From IMG/VR virus record IMGVR_UViG_3300020048_000028: 64,000 nt of DNA, one strand, 5' to 3'. The notes beneath the pieces are model-generated. The model searched no databases. It was not told where the DNA came from and saw only the letters and a program-made list of their open reading frames with translations. How positions within the stretch are numbered: the first letter of the stretch is position 1; every line of letters begins with the position of its first letter. Shown piece after piece: positions 36,362-47,469 of this stretch. Source of the DNA: an uncultured virus (IMG/VR IMGVR_UViG_3300020048_000028) (lineage: Duplodnaviria > Heunggongvirae > Uroviricota > Caudoviricetes). The position numbers and the translations under genes were made by a program.

Positions 36362-38881
36362 ATGTCAGAATTAAATAGTTTCGGTTGGACAAGTAGTGGC
36401 TCAGGTGGAGGTGGCGGTGGAAACGCTGTTATTTTACTTGGAGCAGGAACAGGCAGTTCTTATCGTTGTGGGAATGGTAATAGTTCTTCGGGGGATTATT
36501 CTACTGTAAGTGGGGGTAGTGGTAATACTGCATCTCTAAACTACTCAACAGTTAGTGGTGGTCGTGGCAATACAGCATCAAGTTGTGATTCAACTGTAAG
36601 TGGAGGTTATTCTAATACAGCATCAGGTTATCGCTCAACAATAGGTGGGGGTAGTGGTAATGTCGCTTCATGCAGAAATTCAACAATAAGTGGTGGTTAT
36701 GGAAATACTTCTTCAGGTTACTATTCAGCGATAGGTGGAGGTTCAAGCAATACAGCATCATCATATAGTGCAACAGTAGGTGGTGGTCGTGGCAATACAG
36801 CATCAAGTTGTGATTCAACTACAAGTGGGGGTAGTCGAAATACGTCATCAGGATATGCTGCAACAATAAGTGGTGGTTCGTCTAATACCGCATCGGGATA
36901 TAATTCAACGGTAGGTGGCGGTTTTAATAATTTAGCATCAGGTTCTTATTCAACTGTAAGTGGAGGGTGTCAAAATCAATCATCAAGTCAATATTCGGCA
37001 ATTAGTGGAGGAAATAGTAACACTATAAATCCATTCGCTACTTGTTCAGGTTTTTATGTTTGTGGAAACGTAATCGGTGGTGGTTCTAATAATATTATAA
37101 ACTCAAATACCGCTACTACGCAAAATTCAGGTGGTGTTACAATAAGCGGTGGAGCTAATAATATTACCAATTCAGGTTATTTTGGATTTAATACAATCTC
37201 AGGTGGCTGTGGAAATGTAGTATTAAATAATTATTCAACCATAAGTGGTGGCATTAATAATACTGCATCAGGATTTTCTTCGTTAGTTAGTGGTGGTTAT
37301 CAGAATGCCTCATTAGGTTCTAATTCAACGGTTGGTGGTGGTTGCAAAAATACATCATCGGCTTATAGTTCAACTGTAAGTGGAGGTTATCTTAATACGG
37401 CATCAGGATATTATTCAATAGTAGGTGGAGGTTCAAGCAATACAGCATCATCATATAGTGCAACAGTAGGTGGTGGTTATAACAATACAGCATCAAATCG
37501 TTATGCAACAGTTAGTGGTGGTTATAAAAATACATCATCAAATCGTTATGCAACAATTAGTGGAGGTTATCAAAATTTAGCTTCTTCTATTAATTCAACA
37601 GTAGGAGGAGGTATTGGTAATACCTCGTCAGGTGGAAGTTCAGTTATAAGTGGAGGTACATATAATGTTTCTTCTAATTGTGGCTCTGTAATAGTTGCAG
37701 GTGATTGTAATATTTCATCAGGACAGTATTCTTTCTTAGGTGGAGGTAATTTTAATTGTGCAACAGGAAATCAATCAGCATTAGTTGGAGGTAGTTCCAA
37801 TATCGCATCAGGTGTAACTTCAGCAATAGGAGGAGGTCTTTTAAATACCGCATCGGGCATAATTTCAACTATTGGTGGTGGTAGAAGTAATACAGCATCA
37901 GCTTCTTATTCATCAGTAGGTGGAGGATTTTTAAATAAAATTAATCCATTTGCTACTTGTTCGGGTTATTTTGTTTGTGGAAACGTAATCGGTGGTGGTT
38001 CTAATAACATTATAAATTCAAATAGTGGTTATTACGGAAATGCAGGTGGAGTTACGATAGCAGGTGGAGCTAATAATACGACAAATTCAGTTTACGGATA
38101 TAATACAATCGGTGGTGGTTTTGGGAATATAGCTTCTTTTAATTATTCAACAATAAGTGGGGGATATGTAAATATAGCTTCATCTTATGCTTCAACAATA
38201 GGTGGAGGTCAATCTAATACAGCTTCAAATTATAATTCAACAATAAGTGGAGGTGTTTTAAATACAGCATCAGGATTTAATTCAACTATAAGTGGTGGTC
38301 GTAACAATACTGCATCAGGATATTATTCTACAATAGGTGGAGGTTGTGAAAATATAGCATCAGCTCTTGGCTCATTTGTTAGTGGTGGTGGTTTTGCAGA
38401 AGCTTATTTAACAGGTCAGTCATCACACGCTTCGGGATGTTTTACGAGTGGATTTGTTAGCGATGCACAAACTTCTAAATTAATAGCTCGTAAAGAAGCA
38501 ACTTTAAATTCAGCAGGTACATCTATCTTGTATCTTGACGGAACTTCAGCTATTATTTTGCCAAAAGGAAATAATAGAACTTGGAACGTAATGGTTAAGT
38601 GGTTAATTACTACAACCGTTGTTGGAACAGGAACTATGGCTGTTGGTGCAACTAAATATGCAATAGATTCTTTCTTTTTCAAAGAATTAGCAGGAGTAGG
38701 AAGTATAAGCACACAAACAAGAATAGTAAATCAAGCTGATGCTAATATGGCTGATTCTGATATTACATATTCAGTTGGTGGTTCAAACGACTTAGTATTA
38801 ACTATGACTGCTCCTACAAGTGCAAACGGCTCTACTTTAAGAAGTGTCGCTTCATTGTATATAGAGGAATTAGCTTGGTAA
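36362..38881 (+). CDS. Gly-rich beta-solenoid spike/fibre protein
   Basis: Many ~14-aa STVSGGxxNTAS repeats (adhesin-head-like); C-terminal beta domain. Confidence 0.75.
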   Translation: MSELNSFGWTSSGSGGGGGGNAVILLGAGTGSSYRCGNGNSSSGDYSTVSGGSGNTASLNYSTVSGGRGNTASSCDSTVSGGYSNTASGYRSTIGGGSGNVASCRNSTISGGYGNTSSGYYSAIGGGSSNTASSYSATVGGGRGNTASSCDSTTSGGSRNTSSGYAATISGGSSNTASGYNSTVGGGFNNLASGSYSTVSGGCQNQSSSQYSAISGGNSNTINPFATCSGFYVCGNVIGGGSNNIINSNTATTQNSGGVTISGGANNITNSGYFGFNTISGGCGNVVLNNYSTISGGINNTASGFSSLVSGGYQNASLGSNSTVGGGCKNTSSAYSSTVSGGYLNTASGYYSIVGGGSSNTASSYSATVGGGYNNTASNRYATVSGGYKNTSSNRYATISGGYQNLASSINSTVGGGIGNTSSGGSSVISGGTYNVSSNCGSVIVAGDCNISSGQYSFLGGGNFNCATGNQSALVGGSSNIASGVTSAIGGGLLNTASGIISTIGGGRSNTASASYSSVGGGFLNKINPFATCSGYFVCGNVIGGGSNNIINSNSGYYGNAGGVTIAGGANNTTNSVYGYNTIGGGFGNIASFNYSTISGGYVNIASSYASTIGGGQSNTASNYNSTISGGVLNTASGFNSTISGGRNNTASGYYSTIGGGCENIASALGSFVSGGGFAEAYLTGQSSHASGCFTSGFVSDAQTSKLIARKEATLNSAGTSILYLDGTSAIILPKGNNRTWNVMVKWLITTTVVGTGTMAVGATKYAIDSFFFKELAGVGSISTQTRIVNQADANMADSDITYSVGGSNDLVLTMTAPTSANGSTLRSVASLYIEELAW

Positions 38882-38913
38882 TTATATTAAAAATAATTTA
38901 ATTTAAAATTAAA

Positions 38914-39243
38914 ATGGATTTTTTACAGAAAACAACTTTAGAAGTAAATACACAAATTGCAAGTTATCCTTTAGTATTAGCTGATGCAGGTAAAATTGTT
39001 TTAATGAATGTAGCAGGAGCTAATAATTTAACTGTTCCTTTGGAATCTTCTGTAAATTTCGCATTAGGAACTCAAATATTAGTTGCTCAATATGGAGCAG
39101 GTCAAACTACAATAGTAGCTACTCTTGGCGTAACTATTAGAAGTTCGGGAGGTAAATTAAAATTAAACACTCAATATAGTGTGGCATCTTTAATTAAGAT
39201 TGCAACTAATGAGTGGATTTTAGCAGGAGATATAATTGCTTAA
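38914..39243 (+). CDS. small fibre-associated beta protein
   Basis: YxLVLADAGK...TVP...FxxGTQI...GAGQTTI...WxLxGD, typical of phage fibre modules. Confidence 0.65.
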   Translation: MDFLQKTTLEVNTQIASYPLVLADAGKIVLMNVAGANNLTVPLESSVNFALGTQILVAQYGAGQTTIVATLGVTIRSSGGKLKLNTQYSVASLIKIATNEWILAGDIIA

Positions 39244-39257
39244 AAATATAAAAAATA

Positions 39258-41912
39258 ATGATAACAGCATTAAATGGTATAATAGCAAGTAGTATAGCAT
39301 CTATACCTATACCTCCCTCTAATACAGTAGCACCTGTTATTAGTGGCACTAATGTCGTTGGAAATACTCTCACTACAACAAATGGAACTTGGACGGGAAC
39401 AACTCCTATAACTTATACTTATCAATGGAAACGTAATGGTTCTAATATAGTTGGTGCAACTGCATCTACTTACTTATTGGTTCAAGCAGACTCTACTTTT
39501 GATATAACTTGTACTATTACAGGAACAAATGCAATAGGAAATTCAAGTGCGACTTCAAATGCCTTGACAATATTTGATGCTAACGCTCAATTATTTATTA
39601 GTGCAGAAACAACAGCAGGAGTAACCTTATCTACTACTGAAAAAAATGCTGTTAATCAATTAGTTTCAGATTGTAAATCAGCTAATATTTGGACAAAGTT
39701 TAAAGCTATGCACCCAATTATAGGGGGAACTGCAACAGCTCATAAATTTAATTTAGTTAATCCTGATGATACAAATGCAGCATATAGATTAAGTTTTGTA
39801 GGTGGTTGGACTCATAGTTCTAATGGTGCTTTACCTAATGGAACTAATGCCTACGCTAATACTTTTTTTACGCCATCGACTAATTCAAGTGGTATAAATA
39901 ATTTTCACAATTCATACTACTCAAGAACTGATGTGAATTTAACGCAGGTAGAAATGGGTTGTGGCTCAAGCGACCCACAAGGAACTTTATTAGAAATTAG
40001 AACATCTAATTTAACTTATCACAGAATTAATGCAGCAGCAACAGGCAGTTATGCTGATGCAAATTCATTAGGTCTATATGTATCTTCAAGAATTTCAAGT
40101 ACGGAGCAAAAAGGTTTTAAAAATGGTACTTTAAAAATAGCCTCAGCAGTTTCTTCTAATGCTATGCCAACTCAACAAATGGTTATAGCTGCTTATAATA
40201 ATAGCGGTACTATGTTTTATTATAGCTCTAAACAATGTGCCTTTTCGAGTATAGGAGATGGCTTAACTGATTTAGAATCACAATTATTTTATCAAATAGT
40301 AGAAAAATATCAAGTCGCTTTAGGTAGAAATATAAATGCAACTCAATCATTCTACTATAATACCGCATATAATAATGAAACAAACGCTTTCTTATTTAGT
40401 ACACAAATAACAGACGCTACAATTCAAACTGCTACTAATACTTTAGTAACTGATTTAAAGACTGCTAATATCTTTACTAAAATGAGAGCATTATATCCAA
40501 TGGTGGGTGGAACTGCAACTACTAATAAGTTTAACCTTGCTAATTCAATGGATATAGATAGTGCTTTTAGATTGACATTTGCAGGTGGTTGGACACACTC
40601 ATCAAATGGTGCTTTGCCAAATGGCACAAATGCCTATGCTAATACTTTTTTAAGTTCGGCTCTATTTACAGGTTTGCCTTTGGGTAATAATGCTCATTTA
40701 AGTTTTTATTCAAGAACTAATAGTGTTTCGGCTGCTATAAGACTTGATATAGGAAGTTTAAGACCTTCTCCTGATAGTTATTCTGATTTAGCTTTATGTA
40801 GCCAAAATACAACTTATTTTAGATTTAATAACGGAGGTGCTTATAATAGCGTTGCTACAACTAATACTTCAGGTTTTTACACGGGTTCAAGAACGGCAAC
40901 TAACATTATAAAAACTTTTAAAAATGGTTCAATTATAATAAATGGTACGGCAGTTTCAAGTTCATCATCGCCAATTCCTTTCTTTATAGGTGCATCAAAC
41001 AATAATGGTACTGCTCAATATTTTTCAGATAAACAATGTGCTTTTGCAAGTTTAGGAGATGGACTTACTGATTTAGAATCACAAGTATTTTATCAAATAG
41101 TAGAAAAATTCCAAGTTGCTTTAGGTAGAAATATTAATCCTACTCAATCATTTTACTATAATACCGCATATAATAATGAAACAAACGCTTTCTTATTCTC
41201 AACTCAAATAACTGATACAACTACACAATTAGCAACAAACACTTTAGTAACTGATTTAAAAACAGCAGGGCTATTTACTAAGATGAAAACATTTTATCCA
41301 ATGGTAGGTGGTACTGCTACTACTCATAAGTTTAATTTAATTAACTCACAAGATAGTGATTCTGCATATAGATTAGCTTTTGTAGGTGGTTGGACACATT
41401 CAGCTAATGGTGCTTTACCTAATGGAGTTAATGCTTATGCAAGTACATTTTTAATTCCTAATACAGTTTTTGGAGCAGGTTATGCAGCTATTGGCGTTTA
41501 TGTTAATCAAGCATTAACAGTTGGAGCAAGACCTATGGGTTCAACAAATATGGATATTTTAATAAATACTACTTTTGTAAGAGGTGCTAATAAAAATTCC
41601 ACAAACATCACAAATAGTGCTACTTTGCCTATGGATGGTTTTATTGTTAATTCAAGAACAACTTCTACAAATGCCTTTATAATGAATAGAAGCGGTGCTT
41701 TTGCAACGAATGCTACGGCAGCAGTAGCAACTTATGCTACTGCATCAGATATTGTTTTAGGTGCAATTAATATTAACGGTACAATCACAACTTATTCAAA
41801 TGGTCAAATTGCATCCGCATTTTGTAGTGATTTTTTAACACAAGCTGAATCTACTACATTAAAATCAATAATTCAAACATTTCAAATAACTTTAGGCAGA
41901 CAAGTAATATAA
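39258..41912 (+). CDS. receptor-binding-like protein: Ig-like domain plus 3 lectin-like repeats
   Basis: PxNTVAPVISG...TYQWKR (Ig-like); GGTAxxHKFNL...GGWTHSxNGALPNG x3. Confidence 0.7.
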   Translation: MITALNGIIASSIASIPIPPSNTVAPVISGTNVVGNTLTTTNGTWTGTTPITYTYQWKRNGSNIVGATASTYLLVQADSTFDITCTITGTNAIGNSSATSNALTIFDANAQLFISAETTAGVTLSTTEKNAVNQLVSDCKSANIWTKFKAMHPIIGGTATAHKFNLVNPDDTNAAYRLSFVGGWTHSSNGALPNGTNAYANTFFTPSTNSSGINNFHNSYYSRTDVNLTQVEMGCGSSDPQGTLLEIRTSNLTYHRINAAATGSYADANSLGLYVSSRISSTEQKGFKNGTLKIASAVSSNAMPTQQMVIAAYNNSGTMFYYSSKQCAFSSIGDGLTDLESQLFYQIVEKYQVALGRNINATQSFYYNTAYNNETNAFLFSTQITDATIQTATNTLVTDLKTANIFTKMRALYPMVGGTATTNKFNLANSMDIDSAFRLTFAGGWTHSSNGALPNGTNAYANTFLSSALFTGLPLGNNAHLSFYSRTNSVSAAIRLDIGSLRPSPDSYSDLALCSQNTTYFRFNNGGAYNSVATTNTSGFYTGSRTATNIIKTFKNGSIIINGTAVSSSSSPIPFFIGASNNNGTAQYFSDKQCAFASLGDGLTDLESQVFYQIVEKFQVALGRNINPTQSFYYNTAYNNETNAFLFSTQITDTTTQLATNTLVTDLKTAGLFTKMKTFYPMVGGTATTHKFNLINSQDSDSAYRLAFVGGWTHSANGALPNGVNAYASTFLIPNTVFGAGYAAIGVYVNQALTVGARPMGSTNMDILINTTFVRGANKNSTNITNSATLPMDGFIVNSRTTSTNAFIMNRSGAFATNATAAVATYATASDIVLGAININGTITTYSNGQIASAFCSDFLTQAESTTLKSIIQTFQITLGRQVI

Positions 41913-41917
41913 GCAAT

Positions 41918-42166
41918 ATGAATTTAACAGACATAACAAGAGCAGAATGGGCAACCTATGTAGGTTTATTAACCATAGAACAAAAAGATGAATTAGTAGG
42001 GCAAGAATATGCACCCGATTCATTTTTCAATCCAATTCAGGATGATACAGACCAATGGGTAATATCTATTGAAGAAATGGAGTATTGTACTAACGAATTA
42101 TTTTTATGGGTAAAAGATTTACCTTTAATAGAGTATGTGCCAAAGCCATCGCCTCCTTTTGAATAA
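41918..42166 (+). CDS. small acidic protein, possible fibre chaperone
   Basis: Lies between fibre genes; FNPIQD...W.IS.EE. Confidence 0.55.
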   Translation: MNLTDITRAEWATYVGLLTIEQKDELVGQEYAPDSFFNPIQDDTDQWVISIEEMEYCTNELFLWVKDLPLIEYVPKPSPPFE

Positions 42167-42188
42167 AATTTTAATTTAAGTAATAGTA

Positions 42189-42992
42189 ATGATAACAGCA
42201 TTAAATGGCGTAATAGCAAGTAGTATAGTATCTTTTTCTTATGATGCTGATGCTCAACTATTCTTTAATGCTGAATCAGCAGCAGGAGTAACTTTATCTA
42301 CTACTGAAAAAAACGCTGTTAATCAATCCGTATTAGATTTAAAAGCTAATAGTCTTTGGACTAAAATGAAGTTTTGGTATCCAATTGTAGGAAATACAGC
42401 AACAGCTCAAAAGTTCAACTTAAAAAATCCTGCTGATACTAATGCAGCATATAGATTAGTATTTAATGGTGGGTGGACACATAGTTCTAATGGTGCTTTG
42501 CCTAACGGAGTTAATGCTTATGCGAGTACCTTTTTAATTCCTAATACTGTTTTTGGTAGTGGTTTTGCGTCTATTGGCGTTTATGTAAATCAAGCATTAA
42601 CTATTGCATCAAGAGCTATGGGTTCAACTAATATGGATATTTTGATAGGTAGTGGTTTTGTTAGAGGTGGTAATAAAGCATCTACAAGCTCCACCGCTTT
42701 AGCTCAATCGCCTAATGATGGATTTATTGTAAATTCAAGGATAAATTCTAATACTTTTTATTTTATGAATAGAAATGGTGCATTTCAAATAGCTAATGCA
42801 ATAGCTGTATCAAGTTATGCAAGTACAGAGATTGTTTTAGGTGCAACTAATAGTAATGGAACGGTTACAGGTTATTCAAATGGTAGAATAGCATTAGCTT
42901 ATTGTAGTGATTTTTTAACTCAAGCAGAAGCTACTATATTAAAATCAATAGTACAAACTTATCAAATAACTTTAGGCAGACAAGTAGTATAA
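42189..42992 (+). CDS. single-repeat paralogue of 39258
   Basis: Same MITALNGxIASSI start and TLGRQV end. Confidence 0.7.
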   Translation: MITALNGVIASSIVSFSYDADAQLFFNAESAAGVTLSTTEKNAVNQSVLDLKANSLWTKMKFWYPIVGNTATAQKFNLKNPADTNAAYRLVFNGGWTHSSNGALPNGVNAYASTFLIPNTVFGSGFASIGVYVNQALTIASRAMGSTNMDILIGSGFVRGGNKASTSSTALAQSPNDGFIVNSRINSNTFYFMNRNGAFQIANAIAVSSYASTEIVLGATNSNGTVTGYSNGRIALAYCSDFLTQAEATILKSIVQTYQITLGRQVV

Positions 42993-43010
42993 ACAATAAT
43001 TAAATAAAAA

Positions 43011-46000
43011 ATGTCAGAATTAAATAGCTTTGGATGGACAAGTAGTGGTTCAGGTGGAGGTGGCGGTGCAAATGCCGTTATATTATTAGGTGGTGGAACA
43101 GGTAGTTCTTATCGTTGTGGGAATGGTAATATCGCATTTGGCGATTATTCAACTATTAGTGGTGGTTATGGAAATACATCATCGGGATATAATTCAACAA
43201 TAAGTGGTGGGTACAATAATACTGCATCTCAATATGGCTCAACAATAGGAGGTGGTCGTCAAAATACTGCCTCAGCATATTATTCAAAAATAGGAGGTGG
43301 TCGTCAAAATACAGCATTAGGTTGTTTTTCAGCGATAGGAGGTGGTTTTCAGAATACTTCAACAGGTATTTATTCAACAATAAGCGGAGGTTATAATAAT
43401 ATATCATTAGGATTTTCATCATCAATAAGCGGAGGTTATAATAATTTAGCATCGGGCTGCGAATCTACAATAGCAGGTGGTCGTCAAAATACAGCATCAT
43501 CATATAGTGCAACAGTAGGTGGAGGTAGAGGAAATACGGCTTCAGGTCAATATTCAACAGTTGGTGGAGGTTGTTTAAATACAGCATCAAGTGTATATTC
43601 GGCAATTAGTGGAGGAAATAATAATACAATTAATCCATTCGCTACTTGTTCACGCAACATTTATGGAAATGTAATTGGAGGAGGTACTCATAACATTATA
43701 AACTCAAATAGTGCTTATTACGGAGATGCAGGTGGAGTTACAATAAGTGGAGGAGCTAATAATACTACTAATTCAGATTATTATGGTTTTAATACTATTG
43801 GTGGTGGTCTTGGAAATATTGCTTCTTGTGATTATTCAACAATAGGTGGTGGTTATACTAATACAGCATCAAATTGCATTTCAACAGTAAGTGGAGGTTA
43901 TCGTAATACAGCATCGGGTGGTTATTCGGTAGTTGGTGGTGGTCGTTTTAATACGGCATCATTTTATTCTTCAACAGTAGGGGGTGGTTATGGTAATACC
44001 TCATCAAATCGTTATTCAACAATTAGTGGAGGTTATTGTAATACAGCATCAGGTGGTTATTCGGTAGTTGGTGGTGGTCGGTTAAATTCAGCTTCATGTA
44101 ATTATTCAACAGTTGGTGGAGGTCATCAAAATTCAGCGTCACAAAATAATTCAACAGTAAGCGGTGGTTATTGTAATACCGCTTCAAGTTGTTCTTCAAC
44201 AATAAGTGGTGGTTATAATAATTTAGCACAAGGTTTTTATTCTTCTATCGGAGGTGGTCAATGTAATAACGCTTGTAATTCATTAAGTGGTTGTTATTCA
44301 GTAGGTTCAACAATTTCAGGTGGTATTGGAAATAATACAGCAGGTGGAACTTGGGATTCTGTAAATAATTGTTTTTCAGTAGCACCAACAATTTGCAACG
44401 CAGGTATATTTTCAAGTATTGGTGGTGGTTTTCAAAATGTAGCATCAGGTTGTTATTCAACCGTTGGTGGTGGTATTTGTAATACTGCATTAGGTTGTTT
44501 TTCATCAGTAGGCGGAGGTTTAGGAAATACAGCATCATGTTGTTTTTCAACAGTAGGTAGTGGTTGGTGCAATACAGCTTCATGTTATGGTTCAACAGTA
44601 GGTGGTGGTAGTTTTAACACAGCATCAAATTATTATTCAGTTGTAGGTGGAGGCACTTTAAATATAGCATCAGAATATGCTGCAACCATAAGTGGTGGTC
44701 GTTTCAATACAGCTTCAGGTAGTCGCTCTACAATAAGTGGTGGGTATAAAAATACATCATCAGGTTATTATTCAACAGTAGGTGGTGGTCGTTGCAATAC
44801 AGCATCAAGTAACTATTCATTAATAGGTGGAGGAAATAATAATACAATTAATCCATTCGCTACTTGTGCAGGTTATTTAGTTTGTGGAAATTCAATCGGT
44901 GGTGGTTCTAATAACATTATAAATTCAAATAGTGCAGATTATGCAAACGCAGGTGGCGTTACCATAGGTGGTGGAGCTAATAATACTACTAACTCGAATT
45001 ATTTCGGATTTAATACAATTTCAGGAGGTATTGGAAATATTGCTTCTTCTGATTATTCAACAATAGGTGGAGGAACGTCTAATACGGCATCGGGTTATCT
45101 TTCAACAATAGGTGGTGGTATTTCAAATACAGCAGGATGTTATTCAACAGTAAGTGGTGGTAATAATAATACGGCATCATCTGATTATTCAACAATAGGT
45201 GGTGGTAATAATAATATAGCTTCAGGTCTAAGTTCACCCACAGTAGGTGGAGGTTTTTGTAATATTGCATCGGGCATTCGTTCAACGGTTAGTGGAGGTA
45301 CTTTAAATACAGCATCATGTTATACTTCAACTGTAAGCGGTGGTTACAAAAATATAGCTTCGGGATATGGCTCTGCCGTTCTTGGAGGATTCAATAACAT
45401 TGCATCGGGTTGTTATTCGGGTGCTTTTGGTTGTAATTTAACAGCAAGTTGTAATTATACTTTTTACACAAATAATCATTGTGCTTGTGGTAGTTTATAT
45501 ACTTCAACAATAGCTTCGGGTTGTGGAGTTTGTGCGACTACGGGAGGTCAGCTCGTTGGATATAGTATTATTCCTACTACAAGTTTTGGGTTATATGCTC
45601 AAACAGCTTTAGGTACAGCTATAACAAATACAATAGTTCAAACTTCTTTAATTGGAACAGGTGTTGGAACTTTAACTGTTCCTGCAAATGGTTTTCAAGT
45701 AGGAGATAGTTTTACTGTAAAAATGTGTGGACTTTTAAATTGTGCAAATAATGAAGGAATACGAATTAGAGTACTATCTAATGGAATCGTAATAGCTGAC
45801 GCAGGTGTTTTTTTGATGAAATTAGCTACAAATAAATATTTTGAATTAATATTAGATTTTACTGTAACTAAGTTAGGTGGAGCAGGGGTTGCTGAATTAT
45901 TTGTAAATGGACAGTATAGTTACAATCAAAATGCAAATACGAATTTAGATGGAGTCAATTTTGCATTAATAAGTAATACAACTTTTACTACATTAGTTTC

Positions 46001-46091
46001 TAATACTTTAACAATTACTGCTCAATGGTCTAATGCCCTTGCGGCTAATTTAATACAATCACAAAACTTTATTTTACAAAAAGTTTATTAA
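43011..46091 (+). CDS. Gly/Cys-rich beta-solenoid spike/fibre protein, paralogue of 36362
   Basis: Same MSELNSFGWTSSGSGGGG start; 14-aa repeats; different C-terminal domain. Confidence 0.75.
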   Translation: MSELNSFGWTSSGSGGGGGANAVILLGGGTGSSYRCGNGNIAFGDYSTISGGYGNTSSGYNSTISGGYNNTASQYGSTIGGGRQNTASAYYSKIGGGRQNTALGCFSAIGGGFQNTSTGIYSTISGGYNNISLGFSSSISGGYNNLASGCESTIAGGRQNTASSYSATVGGGRGNTASGQYSTVGGGCLNTASSVYSAISGGNNNTINPFATCSRNIYGNVIGGGTHNIINSNSAYYGDAGGVTISGGANNTTNSDYYGFNTIGGGLGNIASCDYSTIGGGYTNTASNCISTVSGGYRNTASGGYSVVGGGRFNTASFYSSTVGGGYGNTSSNRYSTISGGYCNTASGGYSVVGGGRLNSASCNYSTVGGGHQNSASQNNSTVSGGYCNTASSCSSTISGGYNNLAQGFYSSIGGGQCNNACNSLSGCYSVGSTISGGIGNNTAGGTWDSVNNCFSVAPTICNAGIFSSIGGGFQNVASGCYSTVGGGICNTALGCFSSVGGGLGNTASCCFSTVGSGWCNTASCYGSTVGGGSFNTASNYYSVVGGGTLNIASEYAATISGGRFNTASGSRSTISGGYKNTSSGYYSTVGGGRCNTASSNYSLIGGGNNNTINPFATCAGYLVCGNSIGGGSNNIINSNSADYANAGGVTIGGGANNTTNSNYFGFNTISGGIGNIASSDYSTIGGGTSNTASGYLSTIGGGISNTAGCYSTVSGGNNNTASSDYSTIGGGNNNIASGLSSPTVGGGFCNIASGIRSTVSGGTLNTASCYTSTVSGGYKNIASGYGSAVLGGFNNIASGCYSGAFGCNLTASCNYTFYTNNHCACGSLYTSTIASGCGVCATTGGQLVGYSIIPTTSFGLYAQTALGTAITNTIVQTSLIGTGVGTLTVPANGFQVGDSFTVKMCGLLNCANNEGIRIRVLSNGIVIADAGVFLMKLATNKYFELILDFTVTKLGGAGVAELFVNGQYSYNQNANTNLDGVNFALISNTTFTTLVSNTLTITAQWSNALAANLIQSQNFILQKVY

Positions 46092-46231
46092 TTAATCTTT
46101 ACAAATTATATGTATATAATATAAATTTAAAATAAACATAAAAATTAATTATTTTTGAAGCGTAAAGCTTGGTATGTTTAATCAAGTTTAAACATTAAAT
46201 TTTTTTATAAATTAATTAAGTACGGTACAGT

Positions 46232-46618
46232 ATGGATTTGTCAGCTAATCAAGAAACTCTAACAATTAAAAAGTTAGAAAGTCATTTAATAAAAACAATT
46301 ATAGGAGCTTTGGCAGTAGGTATAGTTGGAGCTTTTTTTACATCATTTGCGTTTTATTATAATAGCGGCAATAGGTTTAAGAACCTTGAGCAGAGTAAGA
46401 TTGAAACTAAAATTGAAATGAAAGAGTTAAAAGACAATGTAGAGGGCATTAAATATGATGTTGGGGAGATAAAGACCTCTCTTTCAAATACAGGTATTTA
46501 TACTACCGATAATAAAGAAAGAATTAGTACCTTAGAGCAGGATGTTAAAGAGATAAAAGAATCCCAAGTAGAGATGATTAAAATTCTTTACGAACTCAAG
46601 GCAAGAAGAACTAAATAA
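46232..46618 (+). CDS. TM plus coiled-coil protein (holin/antiholin-like)
   Basis: One TM then heptads; TATTTTTG element at 46150-46157. Confidence 0.55.
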   Translation: MDLSANQETLTIKKLESHLIKTIIGALAVGIVGAFFTSFAFYYNSGNRFKNLEQSKIETKIEMKELKDNVEGIKYDVGEIKTSLSNTGIYTTDNKERISTLEQDVKEIKESQVEMIKILYELKARRTK

Positions 46619-46635
46619 TTTAAAGACATAATGAT

Positions 46636-46836
46636 ATGATGAATTTTAAAAGCGGAGCTGAATTAGTGAACGCTGCAAAGGAAATAAACGGAGAAATGAA
46701 AGCAGGTAAAATATTTGAAGTAGTTGTTGGAGCTGCATTGCTTGGATTAAGTATATATGCTTTTGCTTTGTCTATTAAAGCTAATAAAATGGCTATAAAG
46801 AAAATGGAGCAAGAAGCCAAAGATGGATTAAAATAA
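46636..46836 (+). CDS. small single-TM protein
   Basis: VVVGAALLGLSIYAFALSI. Confidence 0.6.
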   Translation: MMNFKSGAELVNAAKEINGEMKAGKIFEVVVGAALLGLSIYAFALSIKANKMAIKKMEQEAKDGLK

Positions 46837-46839
46837 AAA

Positions 46840-47469
46840 ATGAAGCCTCAAGTTAAAAATCTATTATTGGGATTAGCCATTGGCTTTTCTTTATTTGGGG
46901 TAGGTTTATTTATTTTAAACAGAAAAAAATCAACAAAAAAAATAAATTCAATTCTTTTTATAGGCGATAGTAATACGTTTGCTAATTTTAGTTATGCAGA
47001 CCAATTAAAAAAAATATTTCCTAACCTATTAATTAAAAAAATAGCTAAGAACGGTGCTAATACTCAATGGATGAGTGAGCAGTTAAGAGATGAGTTGAAA
47101 AAATATAAGCATGATGTCGTTGCTATTCTTGGAGGAAGTAATGATATATATGGCTCAGGTAAAATAGATGGAGCTAAAAAGAATTTAGATGAGATGTATA
47201 GCTTTGCACATACAGTTGGCTCTAAAGTTATTGCTATAACTCCTCCTAATAAAGATTTTTACGAAAATAAAACTGATGCTAAACAAAATCTTTTATCTGA
47301 ATTAGTAGATTGGATTATGTCAAATAAAAAAGCAGATTATAAAATTGATTTTCACAAAATTACAAATGATAAATCTTTTTTTAGTAAAGCAGATGGATAT
47401 TTACATCCACAATCTAATGCTCATAAGTTATTAGCAGATGAAACAAAAGAACAACTAAATTTAGCATAA
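46840..47469 (+). CDS. membrane-anchored SGNH/GDSL hydrolase
   Basis: FIGDS, G, GGSND, DGYLHP blocks; N-terminal TM. Confidence 0.85.
   Translation: MKPQVKNLLLGLAIGFSLFGVGLFILNRKKSTKKINSILFIGDSNTFANFSYADQLKKIFPNLLIKKIAKNGANTQWMSEQLRDELKKYKHDVVAILGGSNDIYGSGKIDGAKKNLDEMYSFAHTVGSKVIAITPPNKDFYENKTDAKQNLLSELVDWIMSNKKADYKIDFHKITNDKSFFSKADGYLHPQSNAHKLLADETKEQLNLA

Noticed and set aside
36362..46091. Regular ~42-nt periodicity suggestive of a CRISPR array
   Set aside because: The repeats are degenerate, in-frame coding repeats inside long ORFs. There is no invariant repeat with unique spacers and no cas genes.
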